DNA from: Candidatus Saccharimonadales bacterium
GTDB taxonomy: Bacteria; Patescibacteriota; Saccharimonadia; Saccharimonadales; EFPC-124
DNA length: 64,000 nt
NCBI GenBank assembly: GCA_050730875.1
Contig: JBOHNX010000001.1
Span: 361,972-425,971 of the forward strand
Direction: 5' to 3'
Shown piece by piece: positions 13,936-21,076 of the stretch (position 1 is the stretch's first letter; each line of letters opens with the position of its first letter). Under the pieces are notes generated by a model. It saw nothing but the letters and a program-made list of their open reading frames with translations. It searched no databases and was not told the origin of the DNA. Position numbers and translations under genes: made by a program.

Positions 13936-14211
13936 TTATAACAGATGTGCGTTAGCTGTGAACCACCTTAACGCGAAAGCAAGCAAAATTACTACCAAGA
14001 TAAGTAAAATTGCTGCGGGATAAAAACGCTTATTCCACCCCGCTGCGGGCCGGCGTTTTTGATATAAAATCGTCCGCTTACCAAGAACAGTGAGTGTGTG
14101 TAGCGCGGTGACAACCACCAGAAAACCAGCAATTATAAATAACACTGCGGCACATAAGTGTAAAACGCCTCGCACAGAGCTGTATTGGAGTAACGTCTCA
14201 AGCGTATCCAC
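13936..14211 (-). CDS. Hypothetical small membrane protein (91 aa, 2 predicted TM helices)
   Basis: Two long hydrophobic stretches (LHLCAAVLFIIAGFLVVVTAL and AAILLILVVILLAFAL). GTG start. The stop is 1 nt before the hisS region. Confidence 0.55.
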   Translation of the reverse strand: MDTLETLLQYSSVRGVLHLCAAVLFIIAGFLVVVTALHTLTVLGKRTILYQKRRPAAGWNKRFYPAAILLILVVILLAFALRWFTANAHLL

Positions 14212-14228
14212 GCGATACCTATACGTGC

Positions 14229-14369
14229 TTATTCACTCGGTTTTTTTACTAGTTTGCCGGTTGCTTTTTCACCCACCTCTTTACGGGCTTTTTTGAAATA
14301 TTCTTCCGGGTTTTCAAGCAACTCTCTTAGTCGCTCTTTTGGTTTGGGAAGATCTTTTTCACCACTCAT
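14229..14369 (-). CDS. Candidate unannotated small ORF (46 aa, Lys/Glu-rich)
   Basis: Hand translation gives MSGEKDLPKPKERLRELLENPEEYFKKARKEVGEKATGKLVKKPSE*. It is below the ORF-track size cutoff. It is preceded by TTGCTA-17-TATTAC with the -10 box 6 nt from the ATG. Confidence 0.3.
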   Translation of the reverse strand: MSGEKDLPKPKERLRELLENPEEYFKKARKEVGEKATGKLVKKPSE

Positions 14370-14404
14370 ACCTTTGTAATACTCCTATTTGAATCGAATA
14401 GCAA

Positions 14405-14434
14405 CATCCTAGCATAAGCGCATATGCTAGGATG
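14405..14434. promoter_or_regulatory. 12-bp perfect inverted repeat (operator or RBS-sequestering hairpin) upstream of the patatin gene
   Basis: CATCCTAGCATA (14405-14416), spacer AGCGCA, TATGCTAGGATG (14423-14434). The right arm contains the only SD-like AGGA, and the ATG is at 14443. Confidence 0.5.
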
Positions 14435-14442
14435 AAATTATT

Positions 14443-15405
14443 ATGGCAGCACAAATTTGCGACATTGTGATGGAAGGTGGCGGCGTGAAAGGCATTGGCT
14501 TGGTCGGCGCTTTAAGCGTGCTTAGCGCATCTGGTTACAACTTCCGCCGGATTGCCGGTACAAGTGCCGGCGCAATTGTGGGGTCGCTGGTTGCAGCCGG
14601 AATCCCTGTATCTGCATTAGAAAAACTGATGAGCGACATTCGTTATGGTGAATTCCGGGACGAAGGCTTTCTGGATCGGCTTGGGTTTATTGGCAAAGGC
14701 TTATCACTCGTCTTCGAAAAAGGTGTGTACGAAGGCGAGGCTCTGCGCGAATGGTTGAAAGACCAGTTAGCTCAAGCAGGCGTCCACACATTTGGCGATC
14801 TCAAAGTCGAAGAAGACTGGTGCCAACAAGTGCCAGCAGAGCAGCGCTATCGGCTAGTTGTCATCGTGGCCGACGTCTCGCGCGGTCGTTTGGTGCGCCT
14901 ACCTTGGGATTATAAGGATTACGGGCTGGACCCCGACTCGCAGTCGGTCGCCGATGCCGTGCGGGCATCGATGTCCATTCCATTCTTTTACGAGCCAGTA
15001 CGTATGAAGGGGAATTATTTGGTCGATGGTGGAATATTATCTAATTTCCCCATTGACCTGTTCGATTCAACACCCGACCATCCAACGTTTGGCATTAAGC
15101 TTTCGGCCAAGCCCGAGGCAAACCTAGCGGTAAATCCAGTGCGCAATTCAGTAGAGCTCGCCCGCGCCGTCATTGCCACTATGGCCAACGCGCACGACAT
15201 GATGCACCTCGACGACCCATGCACCATTGACCGGACCATGTTTGTCGACACCATGAAAATTAAGCCGACCGATTTTGATATTTCGCCCAAGCACCAAAAG
15301 CAATTGTTTTTATCCGGCCAAAAGGGAGCTGCAGCATTCCTAAAACGCTGGAGCCCAGAGCATCATCAGCGTATCTGCCAAGCGCATTCACCTTTAGAAG
15401 CTTAG
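14443..15405 (+). CDS. Patatin-like phospholipase
   Basis: GGGVKG oxyanion motif, GTSAG (GxSxG) nucleophile elbow, and DGG catalytic Asp motif (LVDGGILSNFP). Confidence 0.9.
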   Translation: MAAQICDIVMEGGGVKGIGLVGALSVLSASGYNFRRIAGTSAGAIVGSLVAAGIPVSALEKLMSDIRYGEFRDEGFLDRLGFIGKGLSLVFEKGVYEGEALREWLKDQLAQAGVHTFGDLKVEEDWCQQVPAEQRYRLVVIVADVSRGRLVRLPWDYKDYGLDPDSQSVADAVRASMSIPFFYEPVRMKGNYLVDGGILSNFPIDLFDSTPDHPTFGIKLSAKPEANLAVNPVRNSVELARAVIATMANAHDMMHLDDPCTIDRTMFVDTMKIKPTDFDISPKHQKQLFLSGQKGAAAFLKRWSPEHHQRICQAHSPLEA

Positions 15406-15406
15406 G

Positions 15407-16018
15407 TTAGCGCGACTTTTTAATGCGATCCATATAGGCACGGCTGGCTTCAACATCCAGTGCCAGGGCAGAGACTTTCGCAAAATGTGTTTGGAATTTG
15501 TTAACTCTCTTAGGATTTCGATAGATCCTGTTTCCTTCCACACCTTGCTCATAAACCGTGTCGGGTTCGCCAGGGGATTTAAGCAGGTGGAAATCAAATT
15601 CTTCGATTGGATGGACTGCGCCTTCCTCTAGGACACGGATTTCGACACCATCCTCTTCCGACCTCGCGAGCAGGTAGGTGAGCTGATCTGGGTCTACTCC
15701 AGCCGCATACCGAAGAGCACGTTCGCCTATCAAAGAGTTTATCCTGTACTGGGCATGTTCCCGACGCTCCCTCCGCGAGGCAGCCCACGCCGCAGACTCC
15801 TCCGGAGTCCTTCCGTCAAGCTGTCTATTTATATAGTAGGCAAGCTCCTGTGTCTGGTGATGACCAGATATAATTTTGAAGTTGAGAGTCTCGAGGACGG
15901 TACCAGGTTTTCTCTCTTTTGCCAGATGCTCTTCCATCTCTGGAGTAAGTTCCAGCCCTCGTTCTCCAGCGTAAGCCTTGTACCAAGGCGTCCCGATTTG
16001 TGCTTCCGCGTTGCTCAT
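15407..16018 (-). CDS. Hypothetical protein (203 aa)
   Basis: Clean ORF with a GAGGA SD 6-7 nt before ATG 16018. I recognise no motif. It is convergent with the patatin gene, with a 1-nt gap between stops. Confidence 0.6.
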   Translation of the reverse strand: MSNAEAQIGTPWYKAYAGERGLELTPEMEEHLAKERKPGTVLETLNFKIISGHHQTQELAYYINRQLDGRTPEESAAWAASRRERREHAQYRINSLIGERALRYAAGVDPDQLTYLLARSEEDGVEIRVLEEGAVHPIEEFDFHLLKSPGEPDTVYEQGVEGNRIYRNPKRVNKFQTHFAKVSALALDVEASRAYMDRIKKSR

Positions 16019-16028
16019 TATTCATCCT

Positions 16029-16048
16029 CATATTATACGTATAATATG
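16029..16048. promoter_or_regulatory. 20-bp perfect AT-rich palindrome (candidate operator/promoter)
   Basis: CATATTATACGTATAATATG is its own reverse complement and carries TATAAT on both strands. It abuts the SD of the 203-aa ORF. Confidence 0.5.
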
Positions 16049-16110
16049 TATAAAGTAGCATTGGGCGGTGGACAATTCAAGCGTCGGTGAAGGACCGACT
16101 TTTCTACTTG

Positions 16111-16125
16111 GCGAGAGAGGACTTG
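16111..16125 (-). other. Duplicate of the tRNA-Leu 3' end (att-like scar or tRNA fragment)
   Basis: GCGAGAGAGGACTTG at 16111-16125 is identical to 16282-16296 inside the tRNA (T-loop/T-stem/acceptor 3' strand), in the same orientation. Locally it forms a GAGGAC/GTCCTC stem with an aberrant loop. Confidence 0.4.
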
Positions 16126-16241
16126 TCATATTGTCCTCACTCGTAGTTCGCTAGCGCTCACCTCGTTCGATCTAAGGAAAACATAAACAGCCACTGGCTG
16201 TTTATGACCTACGGTTCAAGTCCCCATTTCAAGCGAGCAAA

Positions 16242-16273
16242 GTAAAACGACGGTCAGAAGACCGTCGTTTTAC
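16242..16273 (-). terminator. Terminator immediately 3' of tRNA-Leu
   Basis: GTAAAACGACGGTC-AGAA-GACCGTCGTTTTAC gives a 14-bp stem. On the minus strand it is followed by TTTTACTTTG. Confidence 0.7.
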
Positions 16274-16275
16274 TT

Positions 16276-16360
16276 TGGTGCGCGAGAGAGGACTTGAACC
16301 TCCACGTCCGAAGACACTAGTTCCTAAGACTAGCGCGTCTACCAATTCCGCCACTCGCGC
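16276..16360 (-). tRNA. tRNA-Leu (anticodon UAG), CCA encoded
   Basis: Hand fold: acceptor GCGCGAG/CTCGCGC, D arm GCG..CGC, anticodon stem CTAGT/ACTAG with loop CTTAGGA (anticodon TAG), long variable arm TGTCTTCGGACGT, T arm GGAGG-TTCAAGT-CCTCT, discriminator A plus CCA. Confidence 0.93.
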
Positions 16361-16382
16361 ATGATTGGTTTTGAACAGGGGA

Positions 16383-16411
16383 ATTATAGCTTGAATTTAG
16401 ATTCTGTTCAA
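16383..16411 (-). promoter_or_regulatory. Promoter of tRNA-Leu (TTGAAC-17-TATAAT)
   Basis: On the minus strand TTGAAC (16411-16406), a 17-nt spacer, TATAAT (16388-16383). This lies 22 nt upstream of the mature tRNA 5' end. Confidence 0.65.
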
Positions 16412-16520
16412 GGTTCGGAGTTTCATTCTACGCGTTTTGGTCGCTCGGCAACATTTGCCTACGCAAATGCTCGCTCCGCCAAGCAAGGATTCTTCGCACT
16501 GCCGCTGGCAGTGCTCAACT

Positions 16521-16546
16521 AAAAGACCGGCTGTAATTAGCCGGCC
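16521..16546 (-). terminator. Possible terminator overlapping the rsmD stop codon
   Basis: CCGGCT (16527-16532) pairs with AGCCGG (16539-16544), loop GTAATT. On the minus strand it is followed by TCTTTTAG. Confidence 0.45.
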
Positions 16547-17076
16547 TTGTGGTAGAACGCCAGCGCCGCGTTTCCGTAATTTCGATTGTCCACCACAACA
16601 ACTCCATTAACGGTCGGCGCCGAGCCTCTACCTGGGTATGATAGTACCATAAGCCCGTTGTTTTTTAAATGACGTGATAACAACGAAACTGTGGATAACT
16701 GCAGGTCGTGATATGGAGGGTCCACGAGTATCAGATTAAACTTTGCATCAGGATTTCGCTCGCTCCACATGCGCGAATTTGCTTTTATTAATTTGACTTT
16801 TTCTTGCACCCCGAGTTCGCTAATATTTTGGGCGATAATTTTTTGCGCGCGCTTTTCGCGCTCTAGCAACGTGGCGTGCACGGCACCGCGGCTGACTGCT
16901 TCGAAGCCTAGTGCACCGCTGCCGGAGAAAGGGTCGAGCACAGTTTGGCCCTCAATATCACCCAAAATATTAAAGAGCGAACCGCGCAGGCGTTCGCTCA
17001 TTGGATGAGTGGCGGCGCTATCGGGAGATTCAAAAAAACGGCCACCTAATTCACCTGCAATAACCCTCAACCTCAT
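16537..17076 (-). CDS. rsmD: 16S rRNA (guanine966-N2)-methyltransferase
   Basis: 179 aa with an SAM-binding LDPFSGSGALGFEA motif and a DPPY catalytic motif. ATGA overlap with the upstream gene. Confidence 0.9.
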   Translation of the reverse strand: MRLRVIAGELGGRFFESPDSAATHPMSERLRGSLFNILGDIEGQTVLDPFSGSGALGFEAVSRGAVHATLLEREKRAQKIIAQNISELGVQEKVKLIKANSRMWSERNPDAKFNLILVDPPYHDLQLSTVSLLSRHLKNNGLMVLSYPGRGSAPTVNGVVVVDNRNYGNAALAFYHKAG

Positions 17077-17888
17077 TTGGTTTTTTCTGCCCGTACGAGC
17101 GCCTCGTACCAGGCCAGTGCCACAATACGCACGATTGCCGGCGCCAATACCTCACGGGTTTCGCGGGCTAAGCGGCGCGTCCAACCCTTGCGCGTAAAGC
17201 GCTCGTACATTTTAAGCTCGTAAATTTCACGGGCGGCTTCTTTAAATAATGCCACCGCCCCTTCTTTTTCAACTCGCAAACAATCTTCGGCAGTTGGATA
17301 GCCTTTTTTAAGTCGCATTGGAGCAATGGTAGTTGCTATGCCAATCTCGAACAGTAAGTGCGAAGTCATAATGCCTTTTGCACCCCAAAATTGCCAGTTT
17401 TTAGCCAGCATTTGGCGGCGCGTGTCGCCCTCGCTCTTCACAATAAGCTTGTCCCTGATTGAAGTGCGAGTTTCTAGGCCTTCGCCGCGCATTTCTTCGA
17501 GTTTTCTCTCGAGCGGAAAATGATGGGCAGGCGTTAAACCGTCGACAACCGCATGCGCTAACCAAGCGGCTTCGAATGCCGCTTTTTCCGTACTACCTTT
17601 TTTGATTGCTGCGGTCAGGTTTTTGCTGTGTCGCTGGATCATCTGAACTAGTTCGGTATCTTTGGGATCGGTTGGGTCGTAATAATGCCAGGGTTCGTCA
17701 CGGGCCGGTGATTTCCGCTTAATGCCATCGGGGCCGTTTTTGCCTTCGAAATGAAGAATGTCACGGGTTTTCGGAAAGGTGCTGTCCGGTTTGAGCTGCT
17801 CGAGCGCCTTGCGCGCGGCACGATCCAACTTTTGATGCGCCCCGATGAGGCGCCCAGAATGATTACGAAATGTTGTTCCTGAATACAT
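17073..17888 (-). CDS. Hypothetical protein with a phospholipase C / P1-nuclease-type zinc motif
   Basis: 271 aa. LAHAVVDGLTPAHH matches the H-x3-D-x3-P-x-H spacing of the zinc-dependent PLC / S1-P1 nuclease superfamily. It is translationally coupled on both sides (recG upstream, rsmD downstream). Confidence 0.7.
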   Translation of the reverse strand: MYSGTTFRNHSGRLIGAHQKLDRAARKALEQLKPDSTFPKTRDILHFEGKNGPDGIKRKSPARDEPWHYYDPTDPKDTELVQMIQRHSKNLTAAIKKGSTEKAAFEAAWLAHAVVDGLTPAHHFPLERKLEEMRGEGLETRTSIRDKLIVKSEGDTRRQMLAKNWQFWGAKGIMTSHLLFEIGIATTIAPMRLKKGYPTAEDCLRVEKEGAVALFKEAAREIYELKMYERFTRKGWTRRLARETREVLAPAIVRIVALAWYEALVRAEKTK

Positions 17889-17889
17889 G

Positions 17890-19920
17890 TTAGTTCAGAC
17901 TTGTGAGCCGGCGATACCGGCTCACGTGCTCGTATAATTGTTTGTATTGTACCAGATCTACCCCATCGCTGAGGAGTACTTCGGCGGCATTTCGTACGCG
18001 TTTAATCATGCGTGTGTCTGCCAAATTAGCAAAAGACAGGTCGAGTTGCCCGTGTTGGGCGCGGCCATAAATCTCGCCTGGGCCACGGAGTTTTAGGTCG
18101 ACTTCGGCCAGATAGAAACCATCGTTGGATTGTTCGAGTTCGCGCAAACGTTGCGATACGGCTTGAGCTGTCGATGGGACAAGGTAACAAAAGCTTTGCT
18201 CGCTGCCACGGCCAACTCGCCCACGCAGCTGGTGCAGCTGGGCTAGGCCAAACCGATCCGCACCTTCAACAAGCATCGCGGTTGCATTTGGTACATCTAC
18301 ACCGACTTCGACCACAGTGGTGCAAATAAGCATGTCGAGCTCGCCATCTTTGAATCTGCGCATTGCCTGCTCTTTTTCATCTGGTTTCATTTGTCCATGC
18401 AGCAAGCCAAGGCGACGGTGCTTGAAGATACTCTTGTTCAATCGGTCATACTCAGCCTCAACACTTTTCAGTTCGGCAAGCGCACCTTCGGCAATGACCG
18501 GACACACAACGTAGGCTTGGCGACCGCTTTTAATTTGCGTCTCAATTGCCTCGTATGCCTTATGCCTTGCATGAGGCGAAATGATTTCTGTTTTGATTGG
18601 CTGCCGGCCTTTTGGCAGTTCATCTAAAATCGACACCTCGAGCTCGCCATATACGGTAAGTTGAAGGCTGCGAGGAATTGGCGTGGCGGTCATGCTAAGC
18701 ATGTGCGGCATGTGCTCGCTTTTAGTGAGTAACTCGGCTCGCTGGCGTACACCGAAACGGTGCTGCTCATCAACCACAACCAGGCCTAATTTATGGAACT
18801 GATTGTCCTTTTGAATGAGTGCGTGCGTTCCAACAACGACATCCACCTGGCCCGCTGCCACTCGCTCTTTGAGTTCTGCTTTCGCTTTTGCTTTAGTGGA
18901 CCCAAGCAACAGTGCAACTTGTATTCCGAGTGGCTCGAGTAAATTAGCGATTGTTAATGCATGTTGCGTGGCCAAAATTTCGGTTGGCGCCATAAAGGCA
19001 GTTTGCAAACCAGTGCGAGCTGCCATAAAGGCCGCCATAGCAGCAACGACAGTTTTACCAGAACCGACGTCACCCTGCAGCAAGCGATTCATCGGTTCGC
19101 CCTGTTCGAAGTCTTTAAAAACTTCCCAGGCAGCGCGGCGCTGGGCGTCGGTCATGCTAAACGGTAACTGCTGCACGAATTGCGCAGCATGATCTTTATT
19201 GAATGGGATGCGCCAGCCCTGCAGCTTGGCGTTTTCTTGCTTGTTGAGCAAGCTGGCAAGCAATAACCACAGTAATTCTTCAAATGCTATTCTCTCTTTT
19301 GCAGCAGCTACCGTCTCGCTGGTTTCGGGAAAATGCACGTTTTTTAACGCTTCGCTAATGCTGCTGAGGCCTTCTTTTTCTACTAGTTTTGAGGGTAGGG
19401 TTTCTGGCAGCATTTCTATAAGCGGCAGGAGTTCACGAATAAGCTTGCGGATTTGGTGAGATTTAAGCCCTCTTGTTTCGCGATAAATTGGCACAATGCG
19501 TGCGGTACTAACGCCAAAGGCTTTAACTTGTTCAGTTGCCGGATTTTGCAGTATATACCTGTTGCGCTGAAAATCGTATGTCCCAGAAAGATAGTATTCT
19601 TCGCCTTTAGCAAATTGCTCTGCCCGGTAAGGCTGGTTAAACCAAACAGCGCGCGTTTTTGCCGTACCATCAGCAATTACGGCTTCAGTAATATGCAGAC
19701 CGCGCCGAACATAGCGGCCGGTCACCGATTCAATTCTACCTTGTACGGTAACCTTGCCCGGCTTCAGCTGAGCAATTGGTGTAACGTTCGAGAAATCATC
19801 GTACTTACGTGGAAAAAAGTAAATGAGATCTTCAACAGTTTGGATACCAAGTATGGTCAGGCGTTCGGCAATTGCCGCGCCGACACCCTTCACCATTGTC
19901 ACTGGAGCATCGAGTCTCAT
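17890..19920 (-). CDS. recG: ATP-dependent DNA helicase RecG
   Basis: GDVGSGKT Walker A, DEQHRFG Walker B, QLHQLRGRVGRG motif VI. The track start at 19989 overlaps the divergent gene, so ATG 19920 (MRLDAPVTMVKGVG) is preferred. Confidence 0.95.
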   Translation of the reverse strand: MRLDAPVTMVKGVGAAIAERLTILGIQTVEDLIYFFPRKYDDFSNVTPIAQLKPGKVTVQGRIESVTGRYVRRGLHITEAVIADGTAKTRAVWFNQPYRAEQFAKGEEYYLSGTYDFQRNRYILQNPATEQVKAFGVSTARIVPIYRETRGLKSHQIRKLIRELLPLIEMLPETLPSKLVEKEGLSSISEALKNVHFPETSETVAAAKERIAFEELLWLLLASLLNKQENAKLQGWRIPFNKDHAAQFVQQLPFSMTDAQRRAAWEVFKDFEQGEPMNRLLQGDVGSGKTVVAAMAAFMAARTGLQTAFMAPTEILATQHALTIANLLEPLGIQVALLLGSTKAKAKAELKERVAAGQVDVVVGTHALIQKDNQFHKLGLVVVDEQHRFGVRQRAELLTKSEHMPHMLSMTATPIPRSLQLTVYGELEVSILDELPKGRQPIKTEIISPHARHKAYEAIETQIKSGRQAYVVCPVIAEGALAELKSVEAEYDRLNKSIFKHRRLGLLHGQMKPDEKEQAMRRFKDGELDMLICTTVVEVGVDVPNATAMLVEGADRFGLAQLHQLRGRVGRGSEQSFCYLVPSTAQAVSQRLRELEQSNDGFYLAEVDLKLRGPGEIYGRAQHGQLDLSFANLADTRMIKRVRNAAEVLLSDGVDLVQYKQLYEHVSRYRRLTSLN

Positions 19921-19957
19921 ACCCTCAGCATACCAAGTGTTTGGTATAATCTTTAGT

Positions 19958-21076
19958 ATGCAGCGAAAATATTTTGTTATTTTGAGCATCGTACTTTTGT
20001 TAGTAATAGCAGGTGTGGCAGCATATTTCCTGTGGCCGCGCCCTTCAACTCAAGTAAAGCAAAAACAAGAGCCAAAAATACTAAAGGTTGGCCAATGGAA
20101 CTACGTAAATGCTTGTCGACTACTTAGCGCGGATGATTTTGCGACCGTAACCGGGCAACAAAGTGACCGCCAAAATATAAAGACCGAATTCGTTACAGAT
20201 ACGCCAGAGCTTGAAAACGATAACAAATCATACGAAAGCACGTGCGTACGAAAAACAATTACTCCTAAAGCCTCTAAAGATAAGTCAGCTGCTCCTGTGA
20301 GTGGCCACGATATAAAGGTCGGTGTTCGACACTTTCGCAACACTGCAAGAGCCGAACAGTTTATGGCCGAGGAACGTTCACAGCCAGATCCTTCGCTAGA
20401 AGCGATATTCGGCAAGGGCGCATATGTTAACGAGAGCACATTTATTAATCCGTCTGCCAATTTATACTTTGCGTACGAAAATAAAATCGTGCAAGTCGAT
20501 GTAAATGACAAACAAAGTCCGAATGGCCTACGCGACCAAGCAGTTGCCGCTGCTAAGCTTGTGCACCAGCAGCTTACCAAAGCGAATCGAGACATCACCA
20601 CTTTTAGCCTTGGGCCCACCGATGAAAAGTTTGGTAAAACGCCCTACACACACGCCTGTCTTTTATTTACACCCGCAGATTTTACAAAGGTCACTCGTAT
20701 AGAAGCTAAAAATGTAACCGTTGAAGCAAATTTTGGCGAAACGCTCCCTCGTGATGAAGATGAGGTGACGAATGATTGTCGGCTTATTGGCCGAAGTGAG
20801 CCGGGTGAAACCATCAGCACAATGCTTCGTTTAACGCTGCATAGCGACTCAAATGCCGCTAGCGCTGCATTTGAGCTACAAGCACGTTTTGGGAGAACCC
20901 AAAGAATAGAAGCCGAGGGCTTGCAAGCACCAGCCGTATTTAACAGTAGTCTCAGCGAGGTGATAATGCAAAAAGATGGTCGGTTCGTTCGGCTGAGCTT
21001 TACTATGCCAGGCGCTGGCAGCATTAAGTCTGAGTGGATCGAAAAAAGCGCAACACTTATAGACAAACGGCTCTAG
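19958..21076 (+). CDS. Hypothetical membrane-anchored/secreted protein (372 aa)
   Basis: The track ORF 19823-21076 begins inside recG. ATG 19958 gives MQRKYFVILSIVLLLVIAGVAAYFLWP (N-terminal TM/signal anchor) and lies 7 nt after TGGTATAAT. Confidence 0.7.
   Translation: MQRKYFVILSIVLLLVIAGVAAYFLWPRPSTQVKQKQEPKILKVGQWNYVNACRLLSADDFATVTGQQSDRQNIKTEFVTDTPELENDNKSYESTCVRKTITPKASKDKSAAPVSGHDIKVGVRHFRNTARAEQFMAEERSQPDPSLEAIFGKGAYVNESTFINPSANLYFAYENKIVQVDVNDKQSPNGLRDQAVAAAKLVHQQLTKANRDITTFSLGPTDEKFGKTPYTHACLLFTPADFTKVTRIEAKNVTVEANFGETLPRDEDEVTNDCRLIGRSEPGETISTMLRLTLHSDSNAASAAFELQARFGRTQRIEAEGLQAPAVFNSSLSEVIMQKDGRFVRLSFTMPGAGSIKSEWIEKSATLIDKRL

Noticed and set aside
15407-16360. An intact genomic island or prophage at tRNA-Leu
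   Set aside because: There is no integrase, transposase or phage gene anywhere nearby. Only a 15-nt tRNA-end repeat and one orphan ORF are present, so I report it as a scar or remnant, not a mobile element.
19823-19989. Mutually overlapping 5' extensions of recG (to 19989) and of the divergent 372-aa ORF (from 19823)
   Set aside because: The extensions overlap each other on opposite strands and encode non-conserved sequence. The internal ATGs (19920 and 19958) give a sensible RecG N-terminus and a signal-anchor N-terminus, with promoter and SD signals.
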